From NCBI RefSeq assembly GCF_964213995.1, contig NC_135812.1, positions 58,280,001 to 58,344,000 of the forward strand: a DNA stretch of 64,000 bases. Reading direction: 5' to 3'. Each line of letters begins with the position of its first letter. Within the stretch, counting starts at the first letter, position 1. Of this stretch, positions 37,890 through 49,317 are shown piece by piece. Made by a program: the position numbers and the translations under genes. The notes below the pieces were generated by a model. The model ran no database searches, was not told the DNA's origin, and saw only the letters and a list, made by a program, of their open reading frames with translations. This stretch comes from Mustelus asterias. Lineage: Eukaryota.

Positions 37890-38202
37890 AAATCATAGAA
37901 ACCCTACAGTACAGAAAGAGGCCATTCGGCCCATCGAGCCTGCACCGACCACAATCCCACCCAGGCCCTACCCCCATATCCCTACATATTTACCCACTAA
38001 TCCCTCCAACCTACGCATCTCAGGACACTAACGGCAATTTTGAGCATGGCCAATCAACCTAACCCGCACATCTTTGGACTGTGGGAGGAAACCGGAGCAC
38101 CCGGAGGAAACCCACGCAGACACGAGGAGAATGTGCAAACTCCACACAGACAGTGACCCAAGCCGGAAATCGAACCCAGGTCCACTGTGCTACCATGCCG
38201 CC
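37890..38202 (-). mobile_element. HE1-like V-SINE
   Basis: Reverse-complement copy with a short deletion in the head. Confidence 0.88.
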
Positions 38203-38245
38203 CCAAGACACTAGCAGAGAGAGTGTTCCCTTACTATTTGCTGTG

Positions 38246-38600
38246 GCTAGTGGCTTATACCCTTGCTTCTGAGTCAGAAGGTTGTAGGTTCAAGACTCCC
38301 CCTCCAGAAATCTGGGTTGACACTCAAGCATAATACTGAGGGGGTGCTGCACCATTTGAGATATTGTCTCTAGAATGAGACATTAAAATAAGGTCTCGTC
38401 TGTCATCTCAGCTGGATATAAACCGTCCCATAACTCCATTGAAGGAACAGCAGAGAAATTCTCCCTGGTGTCCTGGTACCACTATAACAGACTGTCAAGT
38501 CATTATTATAGTGTTGTCTGTGGGATCTTGCTGTGCATAAAGTGGTCGCTGCCTTTCCTACATAACGATGGCGATTCTATTTCAAATGTACTTCCAAATT
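38246..38600 (+). mobile_element. Old Deu-domain-type (SacSINE1-like) SINE
   Basis: TTGCTTCTGAGTCAGAAGGTTGTAGGTTCAAG head; ACTGAGGGGGTGCTGCAC; GTGGGATCTTGCTGTGCATAAA. Confidence 0.6.
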
Positions 38601-39193
38601 CTCAGGCACGTAGGAGACGTTTCTTAAAAAATCACAAGAGAGAATGAAGACAGCACACAATCGGCCTGCAGCTGTGGAACTGCCTCGTTTGTGTCATATA
38701 TCCTACTGAGGGAACCTGCTTTCCCACAGAAATATCTAAAGTGTTCTGTGAGGCTAGATCCTATGAGGTTGCAATAACAATTGTGGTGATATTAAGGAGA
38801 ACCAGAAGGGAATTGTCCAGCTATCGAACACCCAGCACTCCAGCTGCATCTAAAACACACGCTGAGATGAATTCGGACATTGTTTTCAGGCTGGTCTTCC
38901 GCAGTTTCAATCAGCACTCTGATAAAATACAGGATACCATTGCGTCTACACGTCAATAACACCAATGTGATGAGTCTAGATCTCAGGAAGATGATACTGT
39001 CATGAGATCAATGGAAATCATTAAGCTACCTACTGTCACAAAATCAGTTTTATTTTTTGACACTGTGTGCTTTGTAATCTAGCACCTGTGGGGATTGTAC
39101 CATCCAGCGAACAGGATGTTGCAGTACCTGTTACCTTTAATCCTGCCTAGTAATAAGGGTGGGACCCTCTTGGAGTGTTTTGATAGGTCATCT

Positions 39194-39526
39194 TTTTTTA
39201 AATACTTTTCCAATTCAATCAAATCAAATCCAATTCAGAGTCTCAACAAGTTGAGACATTTCAGATCCAGGCTGACAAGACAGGGCGAGCGACCAAATCA
39301 CCCTGTCCTGGGCCTGATCTACATGAGCCAAGTTGATTGGAGGAGCAAAGCAACACCTCCTCCAAGACTTGAGCTCATTTGCATCTTAGCCAAAAGGCCG
39401 AGATGCCGCTTTTAAAAATTGCTTCATATGAAACATATGAAGCTTCAGTGTAACCCAATAACCTCAACCAAGTGCAGCATCCAATCCATACTACACTTGA
39501 TCTTAGCCAAAAGGCCGAGAAGCGAT
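39194..39526 (-). mobile_element. U2 snRNA-headed retroposed element (U2 nt 1-39, structured body, A-tail)
   Basis: The head matches the U2 5' end and the element ends AAAAGTATTTAAAAAAA. TSD GATAGGTCATCT (39182-39193) / GATAGTTCATCT (39527-39538). Confidence 0.85.
39488..39526 (-). pseudogene. RNU2: U2 snRNA 5' fragment (nt 1-39)
   Basis: ATCGCTTCTCGGCCTTTTGGCTAAGATCAAGTGTAGTAT matches the vertebrate U2 5' end as I recall it. No Sm site or 3' domain follows. Confidence 0.92.
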
Positions 39527-39719
39527 GATAGTTCATCTAGTTCGGTTAAAGGGCCAGTGAAGGGCAGTTCAAGTTTTTGTTAGTTCAAGAGTCAGGAAGA
39601 AGAGAAGACCCCCCATGCAGGCTAAGGTGCAGCTGTTAGCTCTGAGCTGGTTTGGCAGGCTCTAGGTAGTGAGGGCTCAGGGGAAGTTCTGGGGAGTTGA
39701 AAAAGCACTTCAGCTCCTA

Positions 39720-40042
39720 TCATAGAAACCCTACAGTGCAGAAGGAGGCCATTCGGCCCATCGAGTCTGCACCGACCACAATCCCACCCAGGCCCTACCC
39801 CCACATATTTTACCCGCTAATCCCTCTAACTACACATCTCAGGGACAATTTTTAACCTGGCCAATCAACCTAACCCGCACATCTTTGGACTGTGGGAGGA
39901 AACCGGAGCACCCGGAGGAAACCCACGCAGACACGAGGAGAATGTGCAAACTCCACACAGACAGTGACCCGAGCCGGGAATCGAACCCGGGACCCTGGAG
40001 CTGTGAAGCAGCAGTGCTAACCACTGTGCTACCGTGCCGCCC
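39720..40042 (-). mobile_element. HE1-like V-SINE, full-length young copy
   Basis: Complete from head to tail. Confidence 0.92.
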
Positions 40043-40220
40043 TGTATGACACATCCATGTAGATTGCAAATGGCAACCATCTCAACTTTGCAAAACTGTG
40101 GCATTGACAAGTCACTGCGTGAAGCATGACAGAACCCCTTCATCTCCTCAAACCTGATCAGTAATGAAGGATGCTGTTGTACACAGTATGCGCCATCAAT
40201 CATATTAATGTGTGCCCTGT

Positions 40221-40470
40221 TAAGCTTCATTTTCATATGAAGCAATTTTTAAAAGTGGCATCTTGGCCTTTTGGCTAAGATGCAAATGAGATCAAGCCTT
40301 GGAGGCGGAGACGTCTGCCTACTCCAATCAGCTTGGCTCATGTAGATCAGGCCCAAGACAGGGTAGAGGATTGCATACCCTGCCTTGTCAGCTTGGATTG
40401 GAAATGTCTCAACTTGTTGAGACTCTGAATTGGACTTGATTTGATTGAATTGGAAAAGTATTTTTAAAAA
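40221..40470 (+). mobile_element. Headless sister copy of the element at 39194-39526
   Basis: Homologous ~250-bp body including the internal U2-like 21-mer; TSD AATGTGTGCCCT at 40207-40218 and 40469-40480. Confidence 0.85.
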
Positions 40471-41499
40471 TGTGTGCCCTTTGAGGTTTCCAGATTTGAA
40501 TCCTAGCTGATTAAAAAGTTTTACCCCCATAAAGCTTCTGCCTTTAGCTCCATGGAACATGAACCTGTCTAGGATGACATTTTTGTGGCATTCTGGAACT
40601 GTGATTATTCCCAGGACAGAACAATGGAGTCATCATACGTTTGAAGAATGTCTGTCCCAGGAATGAGAGAAAGTTATATAAAATACTGATGGCAGAGTGT
40701 CATGCAGTATAGTTATTTTGCACCAATATCGATGAGAAGCGACACTGAAATGCCTGTGATATCAACTGAGCATTCCTGAAAAATGGCCCAGTGCTTTACA
40801 GTTGGTGATGGTATACACATGCTATACCTCACCCTTAAGAACAGACTCCTCCATGTGTCAAACCAATGAAGTCTTCTTCGACCGGCACATCTTTACAAAA
40901 GGATTCCACTTTAAGCATGAGTCACACGTTTTCCAGTGAGTGGGAAATGGCTCTGTGAATAAATGAGAACTTGTACAATTTAGACTCTGTTTTGAAGGTA
41001 TCTGACTATGATGGGGCATGAGTTATTCAAACTGCTGAGTTCTCTATCCATAACCCTTGCAGTGATCTTCTTGACCCGGGATACATGCCTTTACTCACGA
41101 TTGGGTCTGCTTCCCACCTCAACAATCTATCGGGTCTGGCCCGATAACATGGCCCTCAGGTATCGCCCCCTTAAAGGGCCACGCTACCATCCTCCTTCCC
41201 CCCTAACTCCAGAGTTCACCTATGGAGGAACAAAGAACAGGATTAGAAACGCAAACATGTTTTTTATTAAAGGGTAACAGGAATACCCCATTGAAAAACC
41301 ATTAAGTTTAGCTGGTCCGGGAACTCCCGGATTCTGGCAGAATACCTCCATTCTGTGGCAGGCTTTTCAAAATTTGAAGAATCAGGCTGAACGGATGGAA
41401 AAAACAATTCATCAATCCAGCGTCTGGATCCTCCTTTAGCAGCTGCTGATTCCTCAACTACTGTAACCACCAGTTGCTCAGATCCCTCGTTCCCAATGT

Positions 41500-42000
41500 A
41501 ACATCTGCTTCCTTAAACCGTCACAATAGTTCTTCCAAATTTGACCTGTGTCCTTCAGGTGAGGTTCCGGAAATTAGTACGTCATCCAGATAAACCACTA
41601 CATTGGGTTCTCCATCATACACTGGAAATGGCACAGGCTGATGAGACTCCAAAAGGGTTTGTATACAAACCCTTGTGTGTTGATTGTCACCATGTTTTGC
41701 AACTCCAGCTGCTGGTAGGCGTGAATGAGGTCTAATTTGGTGTATTTTAAACCCCCCGGTTAGTTTGGCATAGAGATCTTCAATTCTAGGAATGGGGTAT
41801 TTGTCCATCTGAGCTTCTCTATTGATGGTTAATTTATAACCTTTACAAATTCTTACAATACGATCCAGTTTTATGATAGGGACTATGGGTGCTGCCCATT
41901 CGGAGAATTGTAAGGGTTTTATAATACCCAAATCTTCCAGTCTTCTGAGCTCAAATTCAATTTTATGATGAAGCGGGCCTGAAAAAATTTAGACGTTGCA
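41500..42000 (-). mobile_element. Ty3/Gypsy LTR-retrotransposon pol (RT) remnant
   Basis: GIIKPLQFSEWAAPIVPI, YPIPRIEDLYAKL and VVVYLDDVLISG, with frameshifts. Confidence 0.85.
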
Positions 42001-42019
42001 TTCAGATTCAGATAGGATT

Positions 42020-42191
42020 GGGTGGCACAGTGGTTAGCACTGCTGCCTCACAGCGCCAGGAACTCGGGTTCGATTCCTGGCTTGGGTCACTGTCTATGTG
42101 GAGTTTGCATGTTCTCCCTGTGTCTGCATGGGTTTCCTCCAGGTGCTCCGGTTTCCTCCCACAGTCCAAAGATGTGCGGGTTAAGTGGATT
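42020..42191 (+). mobile_element. V-SINE 5' part, split by a LINE insertion; resumes at 44093-44190
   Basis: Ends GTGGATT; 44094 resumes GTGGATTGGCCATGCTAAATTGCCCC. Confidence 0.85.
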
Positions 42192-44092
42192 AGAAACATA
42201 GAAACATAGAAAAACTACAGCACAAAACAGGCCCTTCGGCCCCACAAGTTGTACCGAACATATCCCTACCTTCTAGGCCTACCTATAACCCTCCATCCTA
42301 TTAATTCCCATGTACTCATCCAGGAGTCTCTTAAAAGACCCTATTGAGTTTGCCTCCACCATCACTGACGGCAGCCGATTCCACTCGCCCACCACCCTCT
42401 GTGTGAAAAACTTCCCCCTAACATTTCCCCTCTACCTACACCCCAGCACCTTAAACCTGTGTCCTCTCGTAACAGCCATTTCCACCCTGGGAAAAAGCCT
42501 CTGAGAGTCCACCCGATCTATGCCTCTTAACATCTTATATACCTCTATTAGGTCTCCTCTCATCCTACGTCTCTCCAAGGAGAAAAGACCAAGCTCCCTC
42601 AGCCTATCCTCATAAGGCATGCCATTCAATCCAGGCAACATCCTTGTAAATCTCCTCTGCACTCTTTCAATCTTTTCCACATCCTTCCTGTAATGAGGTG
42701 ACCAGAACTGAGCACAGTACTCCAAGTGGTGTCTGACGAGGGTCTTATATAGCTGCATCATTATCCCCGGACTCCTAAACTCAATCCCTCGATTGATAAA
42801 GGCCAGCACATACGCCTTCTTAACCACCTCCTCCACCTGCGGGGCCGATTTTAGAGTCCTATGGACCCGGACCCCAAGGTCCTTCTGATCCTCTACAGTA
42901 CTAAGAGTCTTTCCCTTTATATTATCATAGAATCATAGAAACCCTACAGTGCAGAAGGAGGCCATTCGGCCCATCGAGTCTGCACCGACAACAATCCCAC
43001 CCAGGCCCTACCTCCACATATTTACCCGCTAATCCCTCTAACCTACACATTTTAGGATTCTAAGGGGCAATTTTTAACCTGGCCAATCAACCTAACCCGC
43101 ACATCTTTGGACTGTGGGAGGAAACCGGAGCACCCGGAGGAAACCCACACAGACACGAGGAGAATGTACTCCTTCATCCCATTTGACCTGCCAAAATGGA
43201 CCACGACGCATTTATCTGGGTTGAAGTCCATCTGCCACTTGTCCGCCCAGTCTTGCATCCTATCTATGTCCCTCTGTAACTTCTGACATCCCTCCAGACT
43301 ATCCACAACCCCACCAACCTTCGTGTCGTCGGCAAACTTACCAACCCATCCCTCCACTTCCTCATCCAGGTCATTTATGAAAATGACAAACAGCAAGGGT
43401 CCCAGAACAGATCCCTGGGGCACACCACTGGTGACCGACCTCCATTTAGAAAAAGGCCCATCTATCCCCACTCTCTGCCTCCTTTGGGCAAGCCAGTTTT
43501 GGATCCACAGGGCAGCAGCCCTTTGGATCCCATGCCCTCTCACTTTTTCTAGAAGCCTTGCATGGGAGACCTTATCGAACGCCTTGCTAAAATCCATATA
43601 AACCACATCTACCGCTTTCCCTTCCTCAATGTGTTTAGTCACATTTTCGAAGAACTCCACCAGGCTCGTAAGGCACGATCTCCCTTTGACAAAGCCATGC
43701 TGAGTATTCTTGAGCATACTAAACCTCTCTAAATGCTCATAAATCTTGTCCCTCAGGATCTTCTCCATCAGCTTACCAACCACTGAGGTTAGACTCACCG
43801 ATCGGTAATTTCCTGGGCTATCCCTATTCCCCTTCTTGAAAATAGGAACCACATCCGCAATCCTCCAATCCTCTGGCACCTCTCCCGTCTCCATCGACGA
43901 CGCAAAGATCATCGCCAGAGATTCTGCAATCTCTTCCCTCGCCTCCCACAGTAACCTGGGGTACATCCCATCCGGACCCGGCAACTTATCTATCTTGATG
44001 CCATTCAAAGATTCCAGCACAACCTCTTTGTTAAAGTCCACATACTCAATCTTTTCAGTCCACCGCAAGCCCGCAGTACATCCACCCAGGAT
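42192..44092 (-). mobile_element. CR1-clade (HER1-like) LINE, 5'-truncated, nearly intact RT region
   Basis: PGPDG, NYRSVSLTSVVGKLME, QHGF, DFSKAFD, GVPQGSVLGP and KFADD motifs; (CTATGTTT)n tail. Interrupted by a SINE at 42925-43165. Confidence 0.93.
42925..43165 (-). mobile_element. HE1-like SINE, 5'-truncated, inserted in the CR1 LINE
   Basis: The V-domain and tail interrupt the RT frame. Confidence 0.9.
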
Positions 44093-45019
44093 GGGTGGAT
44101 TGGCCATGCTAAATTGCCCCTTTGTGTCAGGGGCACTAGCTAGGGTAAATGCATGGGGCTATGGAGGTAGGGGCTGGGTGGGATTGTGGAGTGCTTAATT
44201 AGGTTATTTAATAATACTCAGAGAGTATAAAGAGATACTTGTGGAGCATTCCCATTTGAACAGACCCGTTTGGATGGAATTTCTTATTTACTGTGGGACC
44301 CGAAACCTTCTTTCACAATCTCAGGCCAATTTGTACCGTTGTGAGGGAATTCCCTCGGTGCCGCTCCACTCCGCGCAGAGGGATTTGTCTGATTTTTAAA
44401 ATTTGATTTATCATTGTCACATGCATTGGGATACAGTGGTAAATATTGTTTCTTGTGAGCTATGCAGAAAAAGCATACCATTCATAGAGGAGAGGGTGCA
44501 GTACAGGCTGTTGCTGCACATCTGCCACTTACTCACCTACCTTAACTGTCCAGACACGCTGTGCTGTTTTGTCCTATTCTCCAGAGGAGGCGGAGGGCCC
44601 CGGTGGGAAGCTCCCAGGGTGGGAGTCTTCCATCAGGGATTTTGCCCCGAGTTCCATGCAACCATAGGTTAGGTCATTTCACAGGCTCTCAGGTTGCGTG
44701 TAATTTCTGTACCTTGAGGGTTCTGTGTTCCACGTTTACATAGATTGTGTGAGGTATCAGCCTGATTTTTGATATTTGAAGGCTGCTCCTCAAGGTTTGG
44801 TTGCACTTAGGCACAACGCTCCTGATCTTTGGCACCCGGCATAGAAGGAGGGAAAACCAGATCGGAGACCATTGAGGGGTCATCCTGGCTATCTGCCGCT
44901 CTTTCATGGTTATGTCCAGGTGTCCCTGGAGAGAGAGAGCATGCTGTCCACTTGCATGTTTGAGGCCTTTCATGATCAGTGGGCACTGCAGAGGATGGAA
45001 TGTATTATCTCTCCCCACA

Positions 45020-45318
45020 GGGCAGCACAGTGGTTAGCATTGCTGCCTCACAGCGCCAGGGACCCGAGTTCAATTCCAGCCTTGGACTGTCTGTGTGGAT
45101 TTTTGCATGTTCTCCCCATGTCTGTGTGGATTTTCTCGGGTCTGGTTTCCTTCCAAAGGTGTGCAGGTTAGGTGGATTGGCCATGCTAAATTGACCCTAG
45201 TATCAGGGGGACTAGCAGGGTAAATATGAGGGGTTATGGGAATAGGACCTGTGGGGGATTGTGGTTGGTGCAGACTTGATGGGCCGAATGGTCTCCTTCT
45301 GCACTGTTGGGATTCTAT
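45020..45318 (+). mobile_element. HE1-like V-SINE
   Basis: Head GGCAGCACAGTGGTTAGC, degenerate V-domain and tail. Confidence 0.8.
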
Positions 45319-45497
45319 TATTTTAATTTAGGTAAGTTTCCTTTCATGTTTTGTTTTTGTGACTGCCCCTTTAAGAGGTTGTTAATGAGTTAATTTGGTT
45401 TTAGTTTACTCAAAAAGTGTAAAAAAGATACCTATTGACACTGGTGGGGCAATAGTTAGAAAACTGAGCAAATATTGGCTTCTCCTCTCCTCCTCCT

Positions 45498-46100
45498 TCA
45501 CCAGTCTGGAGTTTGATTATTGCCGGTGTGCATGAAGTGAATTCCTCCCCACAGGTGGAGCAGATGCATGGTTTCTCTGCAGTGTAACTGTGTCCATGAA
45601 TTTGTAGCTGGGATGGTTAGATGAAGCCCTTCCCCTACATAGTCAGTTTCTCCATGGTCCAGGCATCCTTGTTTTTCTCCAAGTGTGAGGATCAGTTGAA
45701 CCCTCATCTGCAGTTAGAACACGTGCATAGTCTCTCTGCATTGTGAATGGGGAAGTTTCTTTCAAGCTGTGTAAGTGGTTAAATATCTTTCCAATCAATG
45801 CACGCACTTGGGTGCCTGTATCTTGATGTATTTCCACTCACAATGATGTTTACATTCTTTTAAGCAGAGAAAACAGATAAACGTTTCTCTTTCTGGATTC
45901 AAAGGCCAATAATAATAAAGTCTGACGAGTTGAGTGACTCTATCAGATCTTGATGTGACATTTGGTTTGAAGTTTGTCTGTAAATCCTCCCTTTCTAATA
46001 GCATATTAAAGAGGTTTCCAAAGATTCTCTGTCAGTCAAAAATTCAGAACAGACAATTCTTGCTTCTGAGATATTTCCTCTCTCGTTCCCCTGAAGCTGC
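45498..46100 (-). pseudogene. Decayed C2H2 ZNF paralog
   Basis: 45860-46020 is homologous to the 5' part of the ZNF exon at 51480-51630. Finger remnants include TAEKPCICSTCGEEFTS and ATGGAGAAA..GGGAAGGGCTTC. The acceptor AG is missing and the frames are broken. Confidence 0.7.
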
Positions 46101-46280
46101 AACTCTCCATTCCACACACTCGCCCTCCATTCTCAAACTGTTGTAACTGATGTACAATTCTCCTGAAGATCCAAGTCATGGTGATTGACAGATCCATGCT
46201 CTCTGCTGGGTCATAGAGGCCTAATTATGTACATGTTACTGGACTCATCTGGGGGCCAATGTAGGTTGGAAATTACAAGG

Positions 46281-46616
46281 GCGGCACGGTAGCACAGTGG
46301 TTAGCACTGCTGCTTCACAGCTCCAGGGACCTGGGTTCGATTCCCGGCTTGGGTCACTGTCTGTGTGGAGTTTGCCCATTCTCCTCGTGTCTGCGTGGGT
46401 TTCCTCCGGGTGCTCCGGTTTCCTCCCACAGTCCAAAGATGTGCGGGTTAGGTTGATTGGCCATGCTAAATTGCCCCTTAGTGTCCTGAGATGCGTAGGT
46501 TAGAGGGATTAGTGGGTAAAATATGTAGGGATATGGAGGTAGGGCCTGGGTGGGATTGTGGTTGGTGCAGACTCGATGGGCCGAATGGCCTCTTTCTGTA
46601 CTGTAGGAATTCTATG
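46281..46616 (+). mobile_element. HE1-like V-SINE, full length
   Basis: Complete head, V-domain and tail. Confidence 0.92.
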
Positions 46617-46845
46617 AAAAAATGTGTGCAATATTCAGAGCATTATTATTTGATTAGAGATACAGCAGGAAGATGAAGAGCAGCTTCATTTAGGCAGCTC
46701 GTTGTCATGAGCTGGAACTCTCTGCCTATGAGGCCTGACAGAAGTGAGTCAACATTTCCAGAGTCTGCAGCTTCCCTGGATTCATTTCCTTTCCCTCTAG
46801 TTCCTACATGTCAACGCACTGAGCCCAGAATTAGGAAAGAAATCA

Positions 46846-47278
46846 AAAGGGGCGGGGGAATACAAGTGTTTTACTTGCAGATGTTGGACAGACGAGGACG
46901 TTTTAGTCTGATGTTTATTCAGAGGGGAAGGAGCAATGGGGCAGCTCAGTGTTGCTATTGGCATAGGGCTAGCAGACCAGACCTTCCTATTGGTCAATCC
47001 TCCAGGCATGTTGAGCTATTGGTCAATGGGAAAAGCTGGAAGGCCAGGAGGTTTCTGGTCCTGAAGTGAGAGCAGGCTTTGTGCCAGTGGTGACACTGAA
47101 CTCTCACACTGCCCAACTTCTGCATTCAGACAATGAGCTTGTTAACCTGCTCATTACCGCTCAGTAAAGCTGCTGCAGCTTCTGCTCACTCTCTGAACAA
47201 AGAGTTAGCTTCGCACACACTAAACCTTCCTCTGTCCAACGTCTGTGAGTAAAACACTTTCTTTTTCCCCTTCCCTTA
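46846..47278. promoter_or_regulatory. Putative bidirectional ZNF-family promoter with mirrored first-exon donor modules
   Basis: Repeated CTATTGG (CCAAT) at ~46955, ~46987 and ~47016. Flanked by inverted ~60-bp modules (46846-46908 / 47217-47278) similar to the module at 53355-53400. Confidence 0.55.
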
Positions 47279-47399
47279 AAGATCTATTGCACGAGGCATC
47301 CCATTTCTCCAGCAGCCCTGGTGCTTTCCCTCTCTTCACTACTGGCACTGATGATTCTTCTAGTGGGAGCAGGTTTCTTAACTCCGATCAACTCATCCA

Positions 47400-47810
47400 T
47401 CATCCTCCCTTGTAATTTCCAACCTACATTGGCCCCCAGATGCCTTGAGTTTAAAATTATTATCCTTGTTTTCAATCCCTCTGTGGCCTTGCTTCCTCCC
47501 TACCTCCGAAATCTCCTCCATCCCAACCACCTTCTGAAATATCAGTGCTCCTCCTATTCCAGCCTCTTGAGCATCCCTGATTTTAATCACTCCATCATTG
47601 GCGTCTTTGCCTTCAGCTGCCTGGGCTGTGAGCTGTGGAATTACCACCGAAACCTCTCTTTCCTTCAAGACAGCCCTTAAAACCTATTCCTTTGACCAAG
47701 CTTCAGGTCACCAGCCTTACATGGCCGAGTGTCACATCTGTTTGATAAATCGCTCTTATGAAACGCCTTAGGATGTTTTGCTGTGTTAAAGGTGCTATAT
47801 AAATGCCAGT
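47400..47810 (+). mobile_element. L2-type LINE 3' remnant
   Basis: CTACATTGG...TTTAAAATT...CCTTTGACCAAGCTT...AAAGGTGCTATATAAATGC end. Confidence 0.6.
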
Positions 47811-48307
47811 TGGAGAAGATGAGCACGTCTCAAGACCATGACAAGCAGTGCTGAGGGAGGTTGGTTGCTAGGCAACGATGCCATAAAGTGATAATGTTAC
47901 CATGATGCTAGAGTAACATGCGAGGGAAAATCCACACCACGAGATACTGAGCAACACTAAAGAAAGGATTAACGCTGCAGTAGTGGGTGAATTGAAAGAA
48001 GCATTTCCTTCACACACAGGGCAGTGGGAATCTGGAAGTGAGCCCTGGCTTGGGGCATGGGTCTGCAGGAAAACACACAGAGTTAGGAATAGCAGCACCA
48101 GGCAAGGTCACAAGTATAGGAACACTAGAAACAGGAGATGATCATTCAGCCCCTCCAGTGCCCAGTCAGCTCATGACTGATCTGTACACCTCAATTCCAT
48201 TTGCCCATCTTTGCTCCATATTCTTAAATTCACTCTTGAATCAAAAATCCCATTTATCTCAGTCTAGAAAGTACCAAGTGGCGACACCCCTCCCCCACTC
48301 TCCATTG

Positions 48308-48596
48308 AATCCCTACAGTGCCGAAGAGGCCATTTGGGCCATTGAGTCTGCACCAGTTCTCCGAAGGACATCCCACCTAGGCCCACCTCTCTGCCCTATC
48401 CATGTAACCCCACACATTTATCATGGATAATCCACCTAACCTATACATCCTTGGAGTGTGGGAGGAAACTGGAGCACCCGGAGGAATCCCATGCAGACAC
48501 GGAGAGAATGTGCAAACTCTACACAGTCACCTGAGGCTGGAATTGAACCCGGGTTCCTGCCGCTGTGAGGAAGCAGTGCTAACCACTGTGCCACCC
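48308..48596 (-). mobile_element. HE1-like V-SINE
   Basis: Reverse-complement head and V-domain. Confidence 0.8.
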
Positions 48597-49317
48597 TTTC
48601 CTGCCTTTCGGGGGAGGTGGGGAGAGTTTTCCCCTTTTCCAGCACAGTGTGTGTGAAGAAGTGTTTCCTGATTTACTCCAGACTAGCCTGGCTCGAATTC
48701 TAAGATTCTGCTCCTTTGTTCTGGACCCCTCCCCATCCCAGGGGAAATCATTTCTCTCCATCTATCTATTCAAATTCTTTCCACATTTTAAAGGCCACAA
48801 TCAGATCACCTCTCAATCTCTGATTCCCAGGGGCAAGGGGGATGGATGGCCTTTGCATAGAGTCAGAATTATTACTGCACAAAAAATGGCCATTCAGCCC
48901 ATCAAATCCATGAAGGTTCTCTGTAGAGCAATCCAGTCAGTCTTATCTCCAGCCTATCCCTATGGCCGTGCAAGCTTATTTCCCTCAAGTGCCCACTCAA
49001 TTTCCTTTTGCTATCTGAGTAAGGGACCCGAAGGAAAGCCAGTTTAATCTGGCACATCCCCTGTTTACCAACAACGGGGAGGGGGGAGTAATAAGGTGTT
49101 TAGTTAGTAAGCAAGTAAAGTCTGGATCAGATCAATAAAATGGGTACATTAAATAGGTTTGATGAGTATCTGAGATGGAAAAGCTTCATGTAAACTCATT
49201 CAAGTTTTTAAGACAGAAAAAGAGAGAAACATTAGAACTGGTCACAGTCCCCATTAAAATACCCATGCATATTAACAGGAGAAGACCATTTATCCTCTCA
49301 AGTCTGTTACACAGAAA

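Noticed and set aside
39488-39526. Functional U2 snRNA gene
   Set aside because: Only nt 1-39 are present, with no Sm site or 3' stem-loops, and the fragment lies inside a TSD-flanked insertion.
43052-44107. 351-aa RT ORF as a host gene or active LINE
   Set aside because: A 5'-truncated CR1 whose ORF starts and ends in flanking SINE sequence; no endonuclease.
46281-46352. tRNA genes at SINE heads
   Set aside because: A/B boxes continue into the SINE V-domain, the sequence is multi-copy, and there is no complete cloverleaf.
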